In this document: positions 49,981 through 62,494 of the stretch, piece by piece | How positions within the stretch are numbered: the stretch's first letter is position 1 | How the letters are laid out: every line of letters begins with the position of its first letter | From: Albugo candida | Taxonomy: Eukaryota | Direction: 5' to 3' | DNA length: 64,000 nt | NCBI GenBank assembly: GCA_040437565.1 | Contig: JBDOQK010000060.1 | Span: 124,001 to 188,000 of the forward strand | The notes under the pieces: generated by a model | The model's input: only the letters and a program-made list of their open reading frames with translations | What the model was told of the DNA's origin: nothing | Database searches by the model: none | Made by a program: the position numbers and the translations under genes

Positions 49981-52640
49981 TACTACAATGCAGTAACTTG
50001 GCATCGCGAGGTTTTTGGATTTCATCTCAAGTATCGTTCCGCTCCAACGCATCAATCGATATACGCATGGCCTCCTCCCAATGCTCTACTCGCGGGTCCT
50101 TTATCGGCTCGCGATAGTTGTTGAGATCTTTAAGCATTATCTCATTTACAGGATCCACCGGTACATGCTTGGCACGCATGTTGCGAGTTTGCATCCGAGT
50201 CGGCGTCCGCTCTTCTTCGCGCAACAGCTCATCTTCGCTGTCAGATTCTGCTAGCTCGGCGAGATTCTTCCTCAAAGACGAACTCTTATCTTCCTTAGCA
50301 TTGTCCCTCTTCGATTTACCGAAATTCGGCTTGCCTGAAGGCGTCGTTTTATCCGTTTTTAGCTCTTGTGGTGGCATTACCGCCTCTGTCTCCTTCCGCT
50401 TCGCGGCCTCTTCGGACTTCGATATTGCATGCCGCAGCATGGGATCTTCGCGCTCAAGCTACACTTGTAACTGCACATTCTGCTCGCTATTAAGAGTCTC
50501 AACGTTACGTATGTGCTGCGTTGTAATGACGATTCTTTCTTTTGGCAGGTACACCTTGAATCCCTTAGTTTCATCGTTCTTGCCAATGATCAAACGAATT
50601 TGAGATCTTCGTTTCCATGTTTTCTTTCCGGGCTCTCTGAGTGTCGAACACAGACTTCCGTAGGTCAGCATATCGGCCAGGTTCGGAGCCGTACCCGTCA
50701 ACATCTCCAGCGTTGACAGAAGATCCTTATTGGCACTACACGAGCTTTGATTAACACGTAGGCCACGCACTCAACAGCGTCGTCCCAAAACAATAGTGGC
50801 AGCCCACTCATAAATAGCATGCACCTAGTCATGTTCTGTATCGTTCTGTGCATCCTCTCAGCGTTTCCATTCGACTCCTGGCTCTCAGATTCGCTCACTT
50901 GACGTTTGATACTAGCCGCCCTGCAGAACGAGTCGACGTTGATGTACCCCTTTCCACCGTCTGTGCGAAGCACATGATCCTGACAATTGAATCTGTTCTC
51001 GAAGTAAAGCAGAAAATGTTCGAATATATTGGTCGCTTTAACCTTGTTCATGGCAACGAGAACGCGTACGTAGTTTATTGAGTAGTCAACAAAGTTGATT
51101 ACGTACCGATTGCCACGTCGGTTTCGTGAAGTCATCGGTCCTTTAATGTCGCTGCCGATGACGCCACCAAGCTTGTCGATCGGCTCATTCTTGCCGGTAT
51201 GCTTTTTAGACTGGTTATTCTTGCTCTGCTTTACCTGCGCGCAAGTCAGACAATTTGGAGAGCTCAGTCCGTTAGACATATACCTGAACCCACCGAGTCT
51301 GCCATGCGTTCGACAGTGCCATAGGCAAGGTTACCGAGCCGCTGATGCAACTCTAGTAGTGTCGTATACGTAAACGTGTTATTGGTTCCATCGTATCCAT
51401 TTACATGGCTGAGTTGGCTACTTGAACGCGCGCCTCCTTCGTTCACTTGCTCATGACGTCAACTGTTGAGACGTTGTTGGGGTGGAAGACTTCAAAATCT
51501 TCATACTGTTCTCTTAGCGCACCACGTAGATTCGTTCGCCATCTCGATCGAGGAATACACCACGCCCTCTAATTTTCCGTGGCTGATGATGTTACCAGAA
51601 AGGTTTTCGGCATAGTAAACCTCGGTTAGGTCAACTATAACCTCTATGCCATTCACAACTGTCTTCAGCTGAACTGATCCCGCCTTTGTCACCTTGACCA
51701 TCGTGCTATTCGCCGCGCGGCATAATTGATCACAGTCCGACACATTCTTCAGCATCTTCACGTCTTTGACTAGATGCACGCTCGACTCATTGACCAGAAT
51801 CCACGAGTCGGAGTCATCATTCGTACCAGTCCCTATCGCCAGCGCGACTCGACTTGACGCCACGTTTTCGACTCTTTTTTCTTGGAGCACTTGGCTTTAA
51901 TATGACCAGTCTCTCCACAACCATAACATGTGCGTGACTCGGCATTCCCTATCCGGGCGACGTATCGGCCTCCGCGCCCTCTTTGTTTGCTTCGGACACC
52001 ACCGGGGTATCGAACCCTTGTTCGCGGGCTGCGCGACCATCTCGTCCAGTTCCCACTCCGCCTTTTGGCTTTCTCATGCTGACGTCAAAGTCGATAGCAA
52101 ATGCTACAATCTCGGTAGCTTGAACAAGGTAATCTGGTCGCTGCACGTTCATCCGGGTTAACATTGCAGTTTTGATATGTGCTGGCACCGACTTGCATAG
52201 TCATTACAGTAGACTCTTCTCCGATTGACCCGATCCCTCTGCCACGTAAACTAGGTATTGGTAGTGCTCTGCCCATGTTTTTCTGTGCTCCTTTTCACTT
52301 TTCATCAGTTCAATGCCTTACGTGCTTGGAATGGGGGGTCATATAAAGTATCATCAGGCTGTTCATGACGTGCCCAAGTGTTTTCGACACTGCTGTCCAT
52401 ACCGGTAGCATTTTTTCGTAGTAGCTGCTTGCCGAACCATCCCGCTTACCACTGAGCTCGAGGAGTTCAAATTCTTCTGTCCAATCACCTCCGCTCATAA
52501 GCTAGGCTGCGCCGAATCGCTGTAGGAGCGCATTCCTTACGCCTTGAAGTCGGCGCCCACACCCGGGAAAGTCTATTTACTCGTTAGCTTGGCAAACCCG
52601 ACGAATCCAGGTCTCGAGGCTTTGGTATCTTTAACCCGTG
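49980..52640 (-). mobile_element. Second Copia-type element, truncated (gag, protease, integrase; ends at the start of RT)
   Basis: TCYGCGETGHIKAKC knuckle, degenerate protease WILVNESSVHL, LHQRLG pre-integrase, SDIKGP/LRTDGG/NGNAER integrase, WEEAM..LERNDT. No LTR seen. Confidence 0.9.
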
Positions 52641-52689
52641 ATCTTTTGTTGGCATTTCATAAAGTGAAATGCTGCGAAGGGTGAGGTGG

Positions 52690-55007
52690 CTGATTCTTCT
52701 CCACTTGTAATCTTCGAGATTGGGTATAGGCTGCTTCAGAAATCTCGATGTAATAGTGGATAGTCTCTCGATCTCGCCATCATCGGGGAAATCCCTTCAT
52801 TTATCTGAACTTTTGTGGTGAAAGACTTTGACTAGGGGGTCCGCTGCAAACTCTACCCTAAAAGGATCCTGATACCGGTAGAGTAATGACCTCAGCCGTG
52901 AAACTGATTCCTCTCTTGCTCCCATTTTTCTTGCTTCGACGACTTTTGACTCGAGAATTCCTTTGATAGCATCTCTTTGGTCTCAGCGTTGACCACCTCC
53001 GGCAACATCATATAGTTTTCTCTCTCATCCAGGTCGCTATTGTCGTTGACATAGCACGCCTCATAGCATTTTCCAGCACACGACATGAAGAGGTACTGCC
53101 TTCCGTACTGTTTTTGATCCCCGAAGCGTCTGATATTTGTTTTCTTTGTATTGCTGCTCCCAAAATAGCATCGGCGGAACATCCCATTAACTCCACCATG
53201 CCTCGATCCATCAATACCGTCAGCGATTTGTGTTTTTCGTTCACCATCACCTCCAGATTTTCCAGATTAAAGGTCCACTCGATGTAGGAAATTCTACGCA
53301 ATCCAACGGAACCCGACACTTTATGCAGATTGGCGTGTCTCCGAGCGTATTCATCTTCATCGGCGTGGTGTACTGTCTCACTCCGAACAACTGCCTTTGA
53401 ACCCAAGACGTCCACCAATCCCGCGAATACGATTCTACAATCCGAGCCAGAGTCCAACGACGTACATAAATTTTGCATGCCATCCACGATAGCGAAGAAT
53501 TTTCCCTTTTCTTTCACCAAAGAAGCTTTCTCCACGTTCGGTGCTTCGGAAGAATATCCTTAAATTTTCTTTCTCAGTTCCTTAGGAGAGGTTCCTCTTC
53601 GCCTGGTGCGCACCGCGGGCACCTTGTGACTGAATGTTCCGTGCTTTTACATTTCAAACTTCCAAATGTGGTACGCGGCGGACCCAAGTTTCCCATTTTC
53701 CTCTTGTTTAGGCCTATGATTCTGAACAGGAACACGTCGTTGCTGAACAGGAGACAATCGTGTTTTCAGAGATACAATAGTATTGAATCCAAACGGGGTT
53801 CCTCAGGCTACCATTCCGCAAAGCTTCTCGATTGTACTAGAAACCATTGGTAGAATGCCACCATAATTTTCCTCAAATTTTCATTGGTGTCCATATTCGG
53901 CCTCTCCTATATCTTGTTTTTAAGAGTCACAGGCTATAAACCTTCAACCATCCAATTTACGATCCTCTTCGCATCTACCTGCTCCACATAATGTTGGAGA
54001 CCCTCCTCCTCCAATGCGCGGTAGATCTAATTTCCAAGCCGCGAGATACGAGATCCAGCATCCATTAGTCGTTCTGAACTTTCTCATTATATGATCAATC
54101 TTACCCAACTCTATCGAATCCGTTGTAAGAGCTTCTCTGGAATAATTGATCCAATCCTCCTCAATCACCTCTTCCGGTTGTTTACACATTTCGAATTTGA
54201 TGATTTGCGCCCGCATCCAAGCATCAACGCACGCTGACACCGGCATAACAAAGGGCTTGTATCGATACGTCTCATAGGCGAGGAATGTCTTGTAATCTGC
54301 CTGATACTTTTTTACGAAGCCGCGCATATCCCGCGACGCCTCCGGTGTAGATTGGATGTTTTGGTGAGTGCGGCGCATTTGAGATAAGATTATCCCCCGA
54401 TACATCCATCATATCCACATCCCCGTTAAACGTCGAACCCTTTTCTCGGTCAAATTTCCAACATAAGGTCCTGCTGGGTTTAATCGAGTTTGCTCCCGAC
54501 GCGCCTTCAACTCACCGAATCCGTCTTGAATGCTTCAAGCTCCTTGTACATGGGCTCGTTGCTCATCGTCCAGCCTCAAGCACAGTTGAACTATAGGGCA
54601 GGACATCTATAACCATCAACTATTTTAGGGGTCGTTCGAACTGTATCACAGCCAGTAGAATTTAGTTTGATCAAAATCTGGTTCTGTCACAGGGAACTAG
54701 AGATAAAAAGCTATAAGATTACAGAGCAGATTTATGTTTGGTTTATTTTTGGCGAAGATATGGGATTTCTAAAACCGAGAGATTTATAGGGATTTGGCTC
54801 AAGTAGCATGATTTTGGCCGGTCCAAAAATGAACCTCAAAAATAGGATAGCCAATCAGAGGACACCAAATATCACAATAGAGCCAATCAGAGGACACCAA
54901 ATATCACATTAGAGCCAATCAAATCGCTCAACGTCAAGCTAATCAACAACGTATATGATCACTTAGCACCTGTATAAATAGTCGATCCCCGTTTCTATTT
55001 GATTACA
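52690..55007 (-). mobile_element. Ty3/Gypsy-type fragment (putative 5' LTR, gag, zinc knuckle, protease; truncated before RT)
   Basis: Gag FVMPVSACVD..EEDWINY, knuckle LKCKSTEHSVTRC, protease LDSGSD, pre-RT FRVEFAADP..RDYPLLHRDF. A TG..CA-bounded segment at 54685-55007 is the possible LTR. Confidence 0.75.
54849..54920 (+). repeat. 32 bp tandem repeat producing three AGCCAATC (CCAAT) boxes
   Basis: agccaatcagaggacaccaaatatcaca(a/t)tag twice plus agccaatc, starting at 54849, 54881 and 54913. Confidence 0.9.
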
Positions 55008-55059
55008 GATAAAGTTTTTTTAAAGATCATATGTAAAATTCATTCATTGATTGCCCCAA

Positions 55060-57135
55060 TCACGTTGATGTCCATCATGATAGAGTTGGGAACTCGACGG
55101 TTGGATCGGTATTTCTTCACGGCGTATTCAGCAGCCTTCCCCGTCAAATCCTTCTGATATACATCCATATATCGAAAACATTTCTGTGCATGGCGTCGAA
55201 TGGTTTTGAGGGGACGGATTCCAGAGCCTTAGGAACTGTGCTAACCAGGCCTTTCCAGCTGTAATCGCATTTTTTGCGAGCATAAACCTTGGCAGCACCC
55301 CAGAGTTCTCAATGAAGTTGAACTCACAGTGAAATTTTGGATAGAATAGTACCATGTGTTCAGCAGCAACGATTAGTTCTTCCAACATGCATTTCTGCTC
55401 CATGAAGTCATGTTCGTGGTCAATCGTATTTCTTGCACAGCACATTGTTGAGCCAAGGCACTTGGCATTGCAACGGAGGCGCACTCCATCTTTTCACAGT
55501 CTTCTCTCAGTTGAAACCACTTCCAATCCCTTTGGCAACACTGGAAGAGATAGAAGGGCTAAAAAACATGATTCAATGGATAGCATTTCAACTCAATCGC
55601 TCCTTCACCTCGAAGAGTAACATCAGGATGATTTTCAGGGAAACACATTGTATGAACTGTACCATCTTTTATTATCCCATTGCGCATCTTCGGCTGTTTT
55701 CCACCTGATCCCATATTCATTCTTTTCCCGACAAGGGTATCAGTAGAAAATGCAGCATGACTTGCAGCATTGTCAAATGCAAAGAGGGCTTTGGATGTGG
55801 GGTACCGTGCCTCAAAGATTGAAATTGCACGATCTCTCACCTGTCACAAGTCCACCACCCATCGTCATTCTTGCCAGTATGCATAATAACACACGCTTAC
55901 TTTGGGACGCTGCGATGCTCGAGCTGCTTCAGATCACTAAGTGATAGGCGACCCCCAACATCAGACAAGATTTAGCTGAATGGATTGATCTTCCAGCTCC
56001 TTTTTTCGAAGTGGTTGCTGACCATCCTGCAGCCATAGATTCTTCTGACCATCGTGTGCCGCGAAGGTGCTTTCATCGTGTGTTACAAGAATGATCGGCT
56101 CTCCCACTGGCCAGGTTCATGCGCTTCAAGAAGATAGTACGGTATTCAAGAACGTCGGGGCGTCCATGCCCATCCACGAACATTACTTTGCAAACTTCGG
56201 AATAGTGTAGTCCCAGTCTCTGCATCCATCGGATTGCGGTTTTACCAGAAATCACTTTGGTGCTCCCTGCATTGGGAAGAATTTGATGATTGACATGCTC
56301 GGTGAATTCAGCGGGGTCGATTTTGAACTTGTTCTGACGGAGATACAATCGAACCTCTAGCAAGAACATCTTCATCCATCAAAAGGCTGCGTGCCTTGAC
56401 ATGTTGGCCTTGCTTGCTGTTCAGAAGATCACCACTGGCGAGATAAATGGCTCCCCAAGTGCGAAGCAATCGACAAAACCATGATCCTTTACCGACTGCC
56501 TGGGAAACGACTTGCGAGGCTTGGAGCTTCTAAACAAATTGAAGCATCATTAAACTAATGAAATGTCAACACAAAAATTAACAACCTCAACTTACAGTAT
56601 AGCCCTCTAAAAGGAGACGGAACTAAGATGCGATAGCAGCCAGTCGTGCACGTTGAGCTTTGTTGGTTGTCTGTTTGGCCTTCTGGTCAAGTTTCAACAT
56701 TCCAGCGGCCAGGTGTTCCTCGGTCTTGTCATCAATTTTGTTATCATCCTCATCCTCGTCATCAGTTTTTCTGCTTTCGTTCTCATTGTCTGAGCCAGCT
56801 TCTGAATCCTGAGTGACAAACTGAAAGTATGTCTCGAGTCAGCGAGAACCAAGTGCAGCATTGCGGTTTTCTGCACATTTTCGTCGCTGAAAACGGCTCG
56901 AGTTCCCAATATTCCGACCCGGACGGTTCGAAATAAAGTGTAATTTCAGTGCGGCAGAGTCTGCTTCATTATCAGTGAANNNNNNNNNNNNNNNNNNNNN
57001 NNNNNNNNNNNNNNNNNNNNNNNNNNNNNNNNNNNNNNNNNNNNNNNNNNNNNNNNNNNNNNNNNNNNNNNNNNNNNNNGCTGCTGTGAACGTTTTGTGG
57101 GTGGTGCCATTGTGGTGGTAGCGACGGGGTGCAAT
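55060..57135 (-). mobile_element. Degenerate Tc1/mariner(IS630)-superfamily-like DDE transposase
   Basis: FVDGHGRPDVLEYR..FL, THDESTF, FAFDNAASHA and LFYPKFHCEFNFIE spread across frameshifted ORFs. TIRs not identified. Confidence 0.8.
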
Positions 57136-59739
57136 GATAAATGTAGGTGAACGCGGAAAAGAAAATAACCAAGAAATATATTATATATAATTTTTTCGGC
57201 ATTGATCTACAATAATCCTGATTGGCTGAAAACAAGTTTCTGTTTTAGGTTAAGAGTATAGGCTGCATAAAATTAAAATTTCGAATTTGGCCGCGAAAAA
57301 TCAGGAGTTGATGGTTATAGGTGTCTCTCAGTTCGACGCTACAAGTTACAGACGACTTCCGTGATTGTAGCTGCTTCTGCGTGTTGATAACCGGAAAGAT
57401 CAAGCAAAAAGATATGTGTATTAGGTATTTTATACCTACCGTACTTAAGCTACTCGGGTTTGTTATACATAACTACCCAATCCTCACTTCGTACGGGGCT
57501 CAAGGCAGTTGGATCCCATCAGTATGTTCCCATTCAAATCGTACTCTAATTTGGACTCCTGCTTGTATCAGTCAGAGATCCATATGATCAATGTTCTTAC
57601 AATCGTGGAGAAGTTGTATCCGTCCTGGAAAGGGTCCCGTGAGATCCCAATCTTTTTTAGATTTCTTAAAGCTTACATTTTTGCGTACATCAACACTTAG
57701 ACTATTGATATGGCTTAATATCGGCTGCAGTGTGATTTTTCTGTGATTTTCTGTACCAACTACTTGACCGAGGAGCCTACACCGATGGTTTTGATTGCAC
57801 GATAGTGCGGTGTGCATTGATTATCAGCTGAGTACACTTTAGCGGTAGATACTTTACCGATATGTTTGACGATCAAGTAGTTTTGAAGGTTGCGGGGATA
57901 ATCAAATTGCAGGCGGGAGAAGCATACAAATTAATGGACTGTGGAAGCCAGGATCTCTATAGTACGTTTCATGATGTACATCTATCACCAGTATTGTTGT
58001 GGAGAGATCACATCGAGTGGAAACGGCTACAACTTGTGAAATAAAAATTCGCGCTTTTCAATCATATCCAAGCTCTAATTACTATCCGGAAGGCTTTTAA
58101 GTGCAAATTAGCGATTTTAAAGCGTTGTGAAATCGTTAAGTGATCAGAAAAGCCTCGTCAACTCTGCGGAATGTGCCGATGTACCATTAGCAGCTCCGAT
58201 TCAAAATGACAAGAAAATGATAGACGGATGTAATCTTCATAGCTTTTTCTATGAACTTACATTTTCCCTGCATAAAGTCTCGATATCGACACACTAAACC
58301 TATCGACTTAATAATTAGTTTGGCGATGGTATACTCTTCACAGTGCCATCAGCAGCTATTCACAAGCGCATGACATTAGCTTAGCACCAAGTCTCAGGGC
58401 TCAAATCGCTGATCGCATCGAGTGATCGACTTCAAAAATACTCGATAAAGAGAAATCACTCATCCTCTTTTTGATGTTGTCTTATTGTGCTTTTTCATAC
58501 CTTCCTAAGAGCTGGCACCAGTGAAATGGGTGTTGCAGACGTCAGCTGCAGTTTGTTGCGTTTGTGAAAATGACGCTTTAAATCGGAATTTACCGATCGC
58601 TCAATACTCTAAATGGCCAGGACGTGAACATCTAAATGCCCCCGTACTTTGAACGGATTCGAGCATGATACATGCGTCTAAATCGTATACGAATTGCTCA
58701 GGTCGGGCTTTTGAAACAAGACGGTCAAGAGCGGAATGGAGATCTGATGCGATGGATTCTACTCGATACGTTTGTCTCATAGTTAATGACGCTTCTTATT
58801 TGCATCAAAATGAGTACGCGTATCCTGATTTGCTTTTTTCTTTTTGAAGGACGATTATGCATGCGAAGTATGCGTTTTTTGTTGAAACGACGCGACTCTT
58901 GGAACACTGTGACTGCTAGAGTACAATTGCTGTTGGAGTGCAAACACTGTTGGTGTGTGCACAAGAGAGTCGTAGGTAACGTACAAGTATGAGTGGACAG
59001 GTATATTTCAACGTCGTTTGATATAAGTGTTAGTTTTACATCTGCCTTTTTGGGCGCACTACGAGCTAGAAAATTTGACTCGGCGTCAGACCCTGACGGA
59101 AAGGCTTTTACATAACTCCAGAAACGATAGAAGGCCGTTCTTGTAATCAGATTAAAGCGGATATTCGACCACTGGATATCATAGTATCATGCACACAAGC
59201 AACTCCAGTACAATCAGCTCGTTTCTGAATCGAAGTATCGTATCATCGCATCGCATGGCCTTCAAGCTCTTTTTGAAATCCTGTGTCCCAATCCTAAAAG
59301 CGATTTTTATTGAGTCAAGTGGGACCGCAACTATTTTGGCAGATATTTTATGACGATATTGTGAATGCCACTCAACAAAGACCGACAATCACATTCTACT
59401 TTTTACGATGCATCCGTGCCGAATGATCATTTTCATGCCAAAATCTCATCACTTTCTGGACAATGTTTCAGATTGTGACATAAAATTAGTCTCGTTGGAA
59501 CCAGCAGATTAATATTGCTGGGGGTGTTCGACACGATGCACATGCCCGCGGTAGTTTTCGTACTAATATGGCCGCATTTTGGAGAAGCTTTCAACATCAT
59601 TATGACAGTTGTAGGCGCAAAAGGCTTGGTGGCACTGACTTGTGCTTTTTCCGAGCTCTTTCTCGTACATCAGCTGAAATATGAGAGACTTTTGTGAACA
59701 ATCCAACGCTCACTCGCGCCCAAGGCAAACTGCGGACGC

Positions 59740-60942
59740 AATATCGATGACTCCTCTCTCGACCAACCGTATATCAATGACAAATGCGGAAGAATTGGAT
59801 GCACGTGGAATTTTGCCAATATGATTGACCGGCGATTACGTGTACGAAACGAAGGTACCGGACGTCTGACGTCGGGCTTTTAGCGCGGTCAGTCCCAATG
59901 GATCCGGGGGACACGGTCTTGCATGTCGCCGAGTGCTATAATGCTCACGACGTGTTACGTCTCCCTTTAAATTGGCTCCGAAATCAATGTCCGTAATCTC
60001 TGTGGTCGAACACCGTTATATACTGCTTTACTACATGACAACGTTCAACTCGTGGAGCTCTGCTGGATTGGGATACAATACGTATTAGCACAAGAAGCCG
60101 ATGGGAATACTCCACTTCATTTAGCAGGAGAGTGAAAGAATTTCCTCTGATGCTGTTGGAGGCCGGGTGTACACACAATGTTGCTAACGTTGAAGGTCGA
60201 ACAACATCTATCGATGCTGAGAATCGTAGCAACAATCTGTCGAAGCATATGTTTGTTGCCGAGAATTGACCCATCATCAAACAGCAGATGCATCCTGAAG
60301 CCCATGAGACCACTGCACAATTATAATTGCACTATGCCAACTCGATAATGCCATAAGTTTTTTCTTCATACCGATCGCAATGAGAATAGTGTTCTTCACC
60401 TTTCTGCACCGCGTCGTATCGTAAGAATGGCATCGATTAGTGTACTTCTTGATCAAACCAGGGCTTCAATTGAATGCACGTTTTTGAACTTTTTTGCTGA
60501 TTCCATTTTAGCCGGGTTATTTTTGTTTAAAGAATCGGATCCAAATGTGAGTTGGCTGATTGCTCCACGCTAGGACATACTCGCCGCAGAAGAAGACCCA
60601 TTGCGTCAGCTGTATCATTCATCACTATGGTGCTCACTTAAATCAATTCAACCTTCGTGCGTGGTACGTGTCGGACATTATCAATTGAATATATCTCAGA
60701 ACTCATACAATGCGATCACGAGTAATGAGCTGGATTAGGCTCTTCACAGACGCACATGTATGCTGTGTAACAAGGCGTCGGATTTACTGGTCGGCGTCCT
60801 TATTGTCGCCATTTTGGGCGCGGAGAGTGCAGTACGTCGTATGTGTAGCAACGTCTTTCAAGGATATTTCACTCTGGAAAACGGCGGAGAAAAACCGACT
60901 TTCATTGCGCGTGCTCGATTATGGATGAGAATATGGAAGGTA
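59740..60942 (+). pseudogene. Myosin pseudogene 4 (tail: ankyrin-FYVE), followed by a copy of the downstream flank
   Basis: Collinear with 2570-3941 (ggatccgggggacacggtcttgcatgtcgcc; ttcattgcgcgtgctcg). Similarity to 3945-4840 continues to ~61680. Confidence 0.9.
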
Positions 60943-62494
60943 GAATGTTCAAGTTGAAAACTCAGTGTTGGTTCTGGTAATACCGGCATTATAGCCACCG
61001 AAATGATACGTCGGATGTCAGCGCTCGCGACATTAAATGAGGATCTTTGTGTGATAATCTGCTCGATCTAAATTTTGTGAGCAGCGACTACTGTAATTGC
61101 AGCTGCTGATTGCATTTTTGGTGTGTTTTGTATAACAGACATCGCCTCCGCTGGCAATGATATAAAGCCACAGCTTGCACTACTACAAGCACTTTAGCTT
61201 GCAATTCATGACTCCAAATGTCCTAGTGTCACTCGTCATACAAAATTAAGTGAAATGGGGTGATTGCAAGCTGACCGCATCAGTCAGATCTTTTGCGTTG
61301 ACGTGCATCACTGCTAAATCAAAGTAATAGCATGGAGAATTCCTTCACCGCAGCTTCCACGCATTACCCTATACAGAACAAGGACGATATCCTCATCGTG
61401 GACAAAACATGTGCAATAGCCCTTCTATCCACAATCATGTCAAGCTTACAGAAAAGCGGAAGAAGTGAGTAGAAATGATGGGATTATATAGAGCCGAAAC
61501 CCGGCTCTAACGCACGAAATACGAACTCGCATTTGACATCGGTATAGTCGCCGTTCCGCATGGTGGTTAGTATATAGCCAGTGCTCATTGATACAGGAAA
61601 TGTGGATGTGCATTGATTGAAAATCCCCATGTGAGTGTCCTAACCACTTGCGAATATGGCAAACGATCCTGTCGTTGACGTGTTTGATTGCATCGTATGC
61701 AGTGCTTAGCAGACATATCGCTGCTCAAGTCTTCTTGAATCTGTCAGTGCCAATGCGCTGCGATGAGGTCTTCAATCAGCTTTCTGAAGCATTCGAATGA
61801 TTTGCACCGAAGGAAATTTAGCTCCGCAGACTAACGAACTACCAATCGCTCAAAGCCTCTGAAACTATTCCCCACGATACAATAGCCGTGAGTATCTCCA
61901 CCCTCCACTTCTCTTCACCGAGAAATAGTTTGGAAGAATGCAATCGACGTGACCAAATAAAGTCTTGTTTTATCACTATGTACCGCTTGATGAGCACTTT
62001 TCCAACGGGCACTGAGCAAGTTATATTCAGGGAGAAAGCGTCTCCCAGCAGGTACAAACCCGAATCTTGGCTTCAGCTATAAGATGCATAGAGAATAACG
62101 TCATATGCATGGTTTGAGCTTTGGGCAATTCGACTATTCCGACGCTGTTGCATCATACGCTGTGCGTGAGAATTGATGCACAAACGTCGACCCTTCCATG
62201 ACACAACATTAACTTTCCTTACGACAATCCGCAACACAACTTCTTTGTGCACAGACTGCGAGTTCTGTCGGTCTCACGCCTCGTCAGGTATTGCCATGAA
62301 AGCTCGGACAAGTGTCGCAAATCAATGGTCCTTTCGTGCATAAAATACTCGAAAGAGAACATGAGAAGGCTGAAAAACGCCCGATCGATTCCGCATTACT
62401 TTATTCACCGAGACAAAGCAGGTAAAGATTTATTTATCAGCATCCCACGGTGACAACAAATCCTAATCGTTGTTCTTCCACCAGATCACATCGA

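Noticed and set aside
57300-59700. Short ORFs between the transposase and myosin pseudogene 4
   Set aside because: No recognisable motif and no confirmed similarity to other parts of the window.
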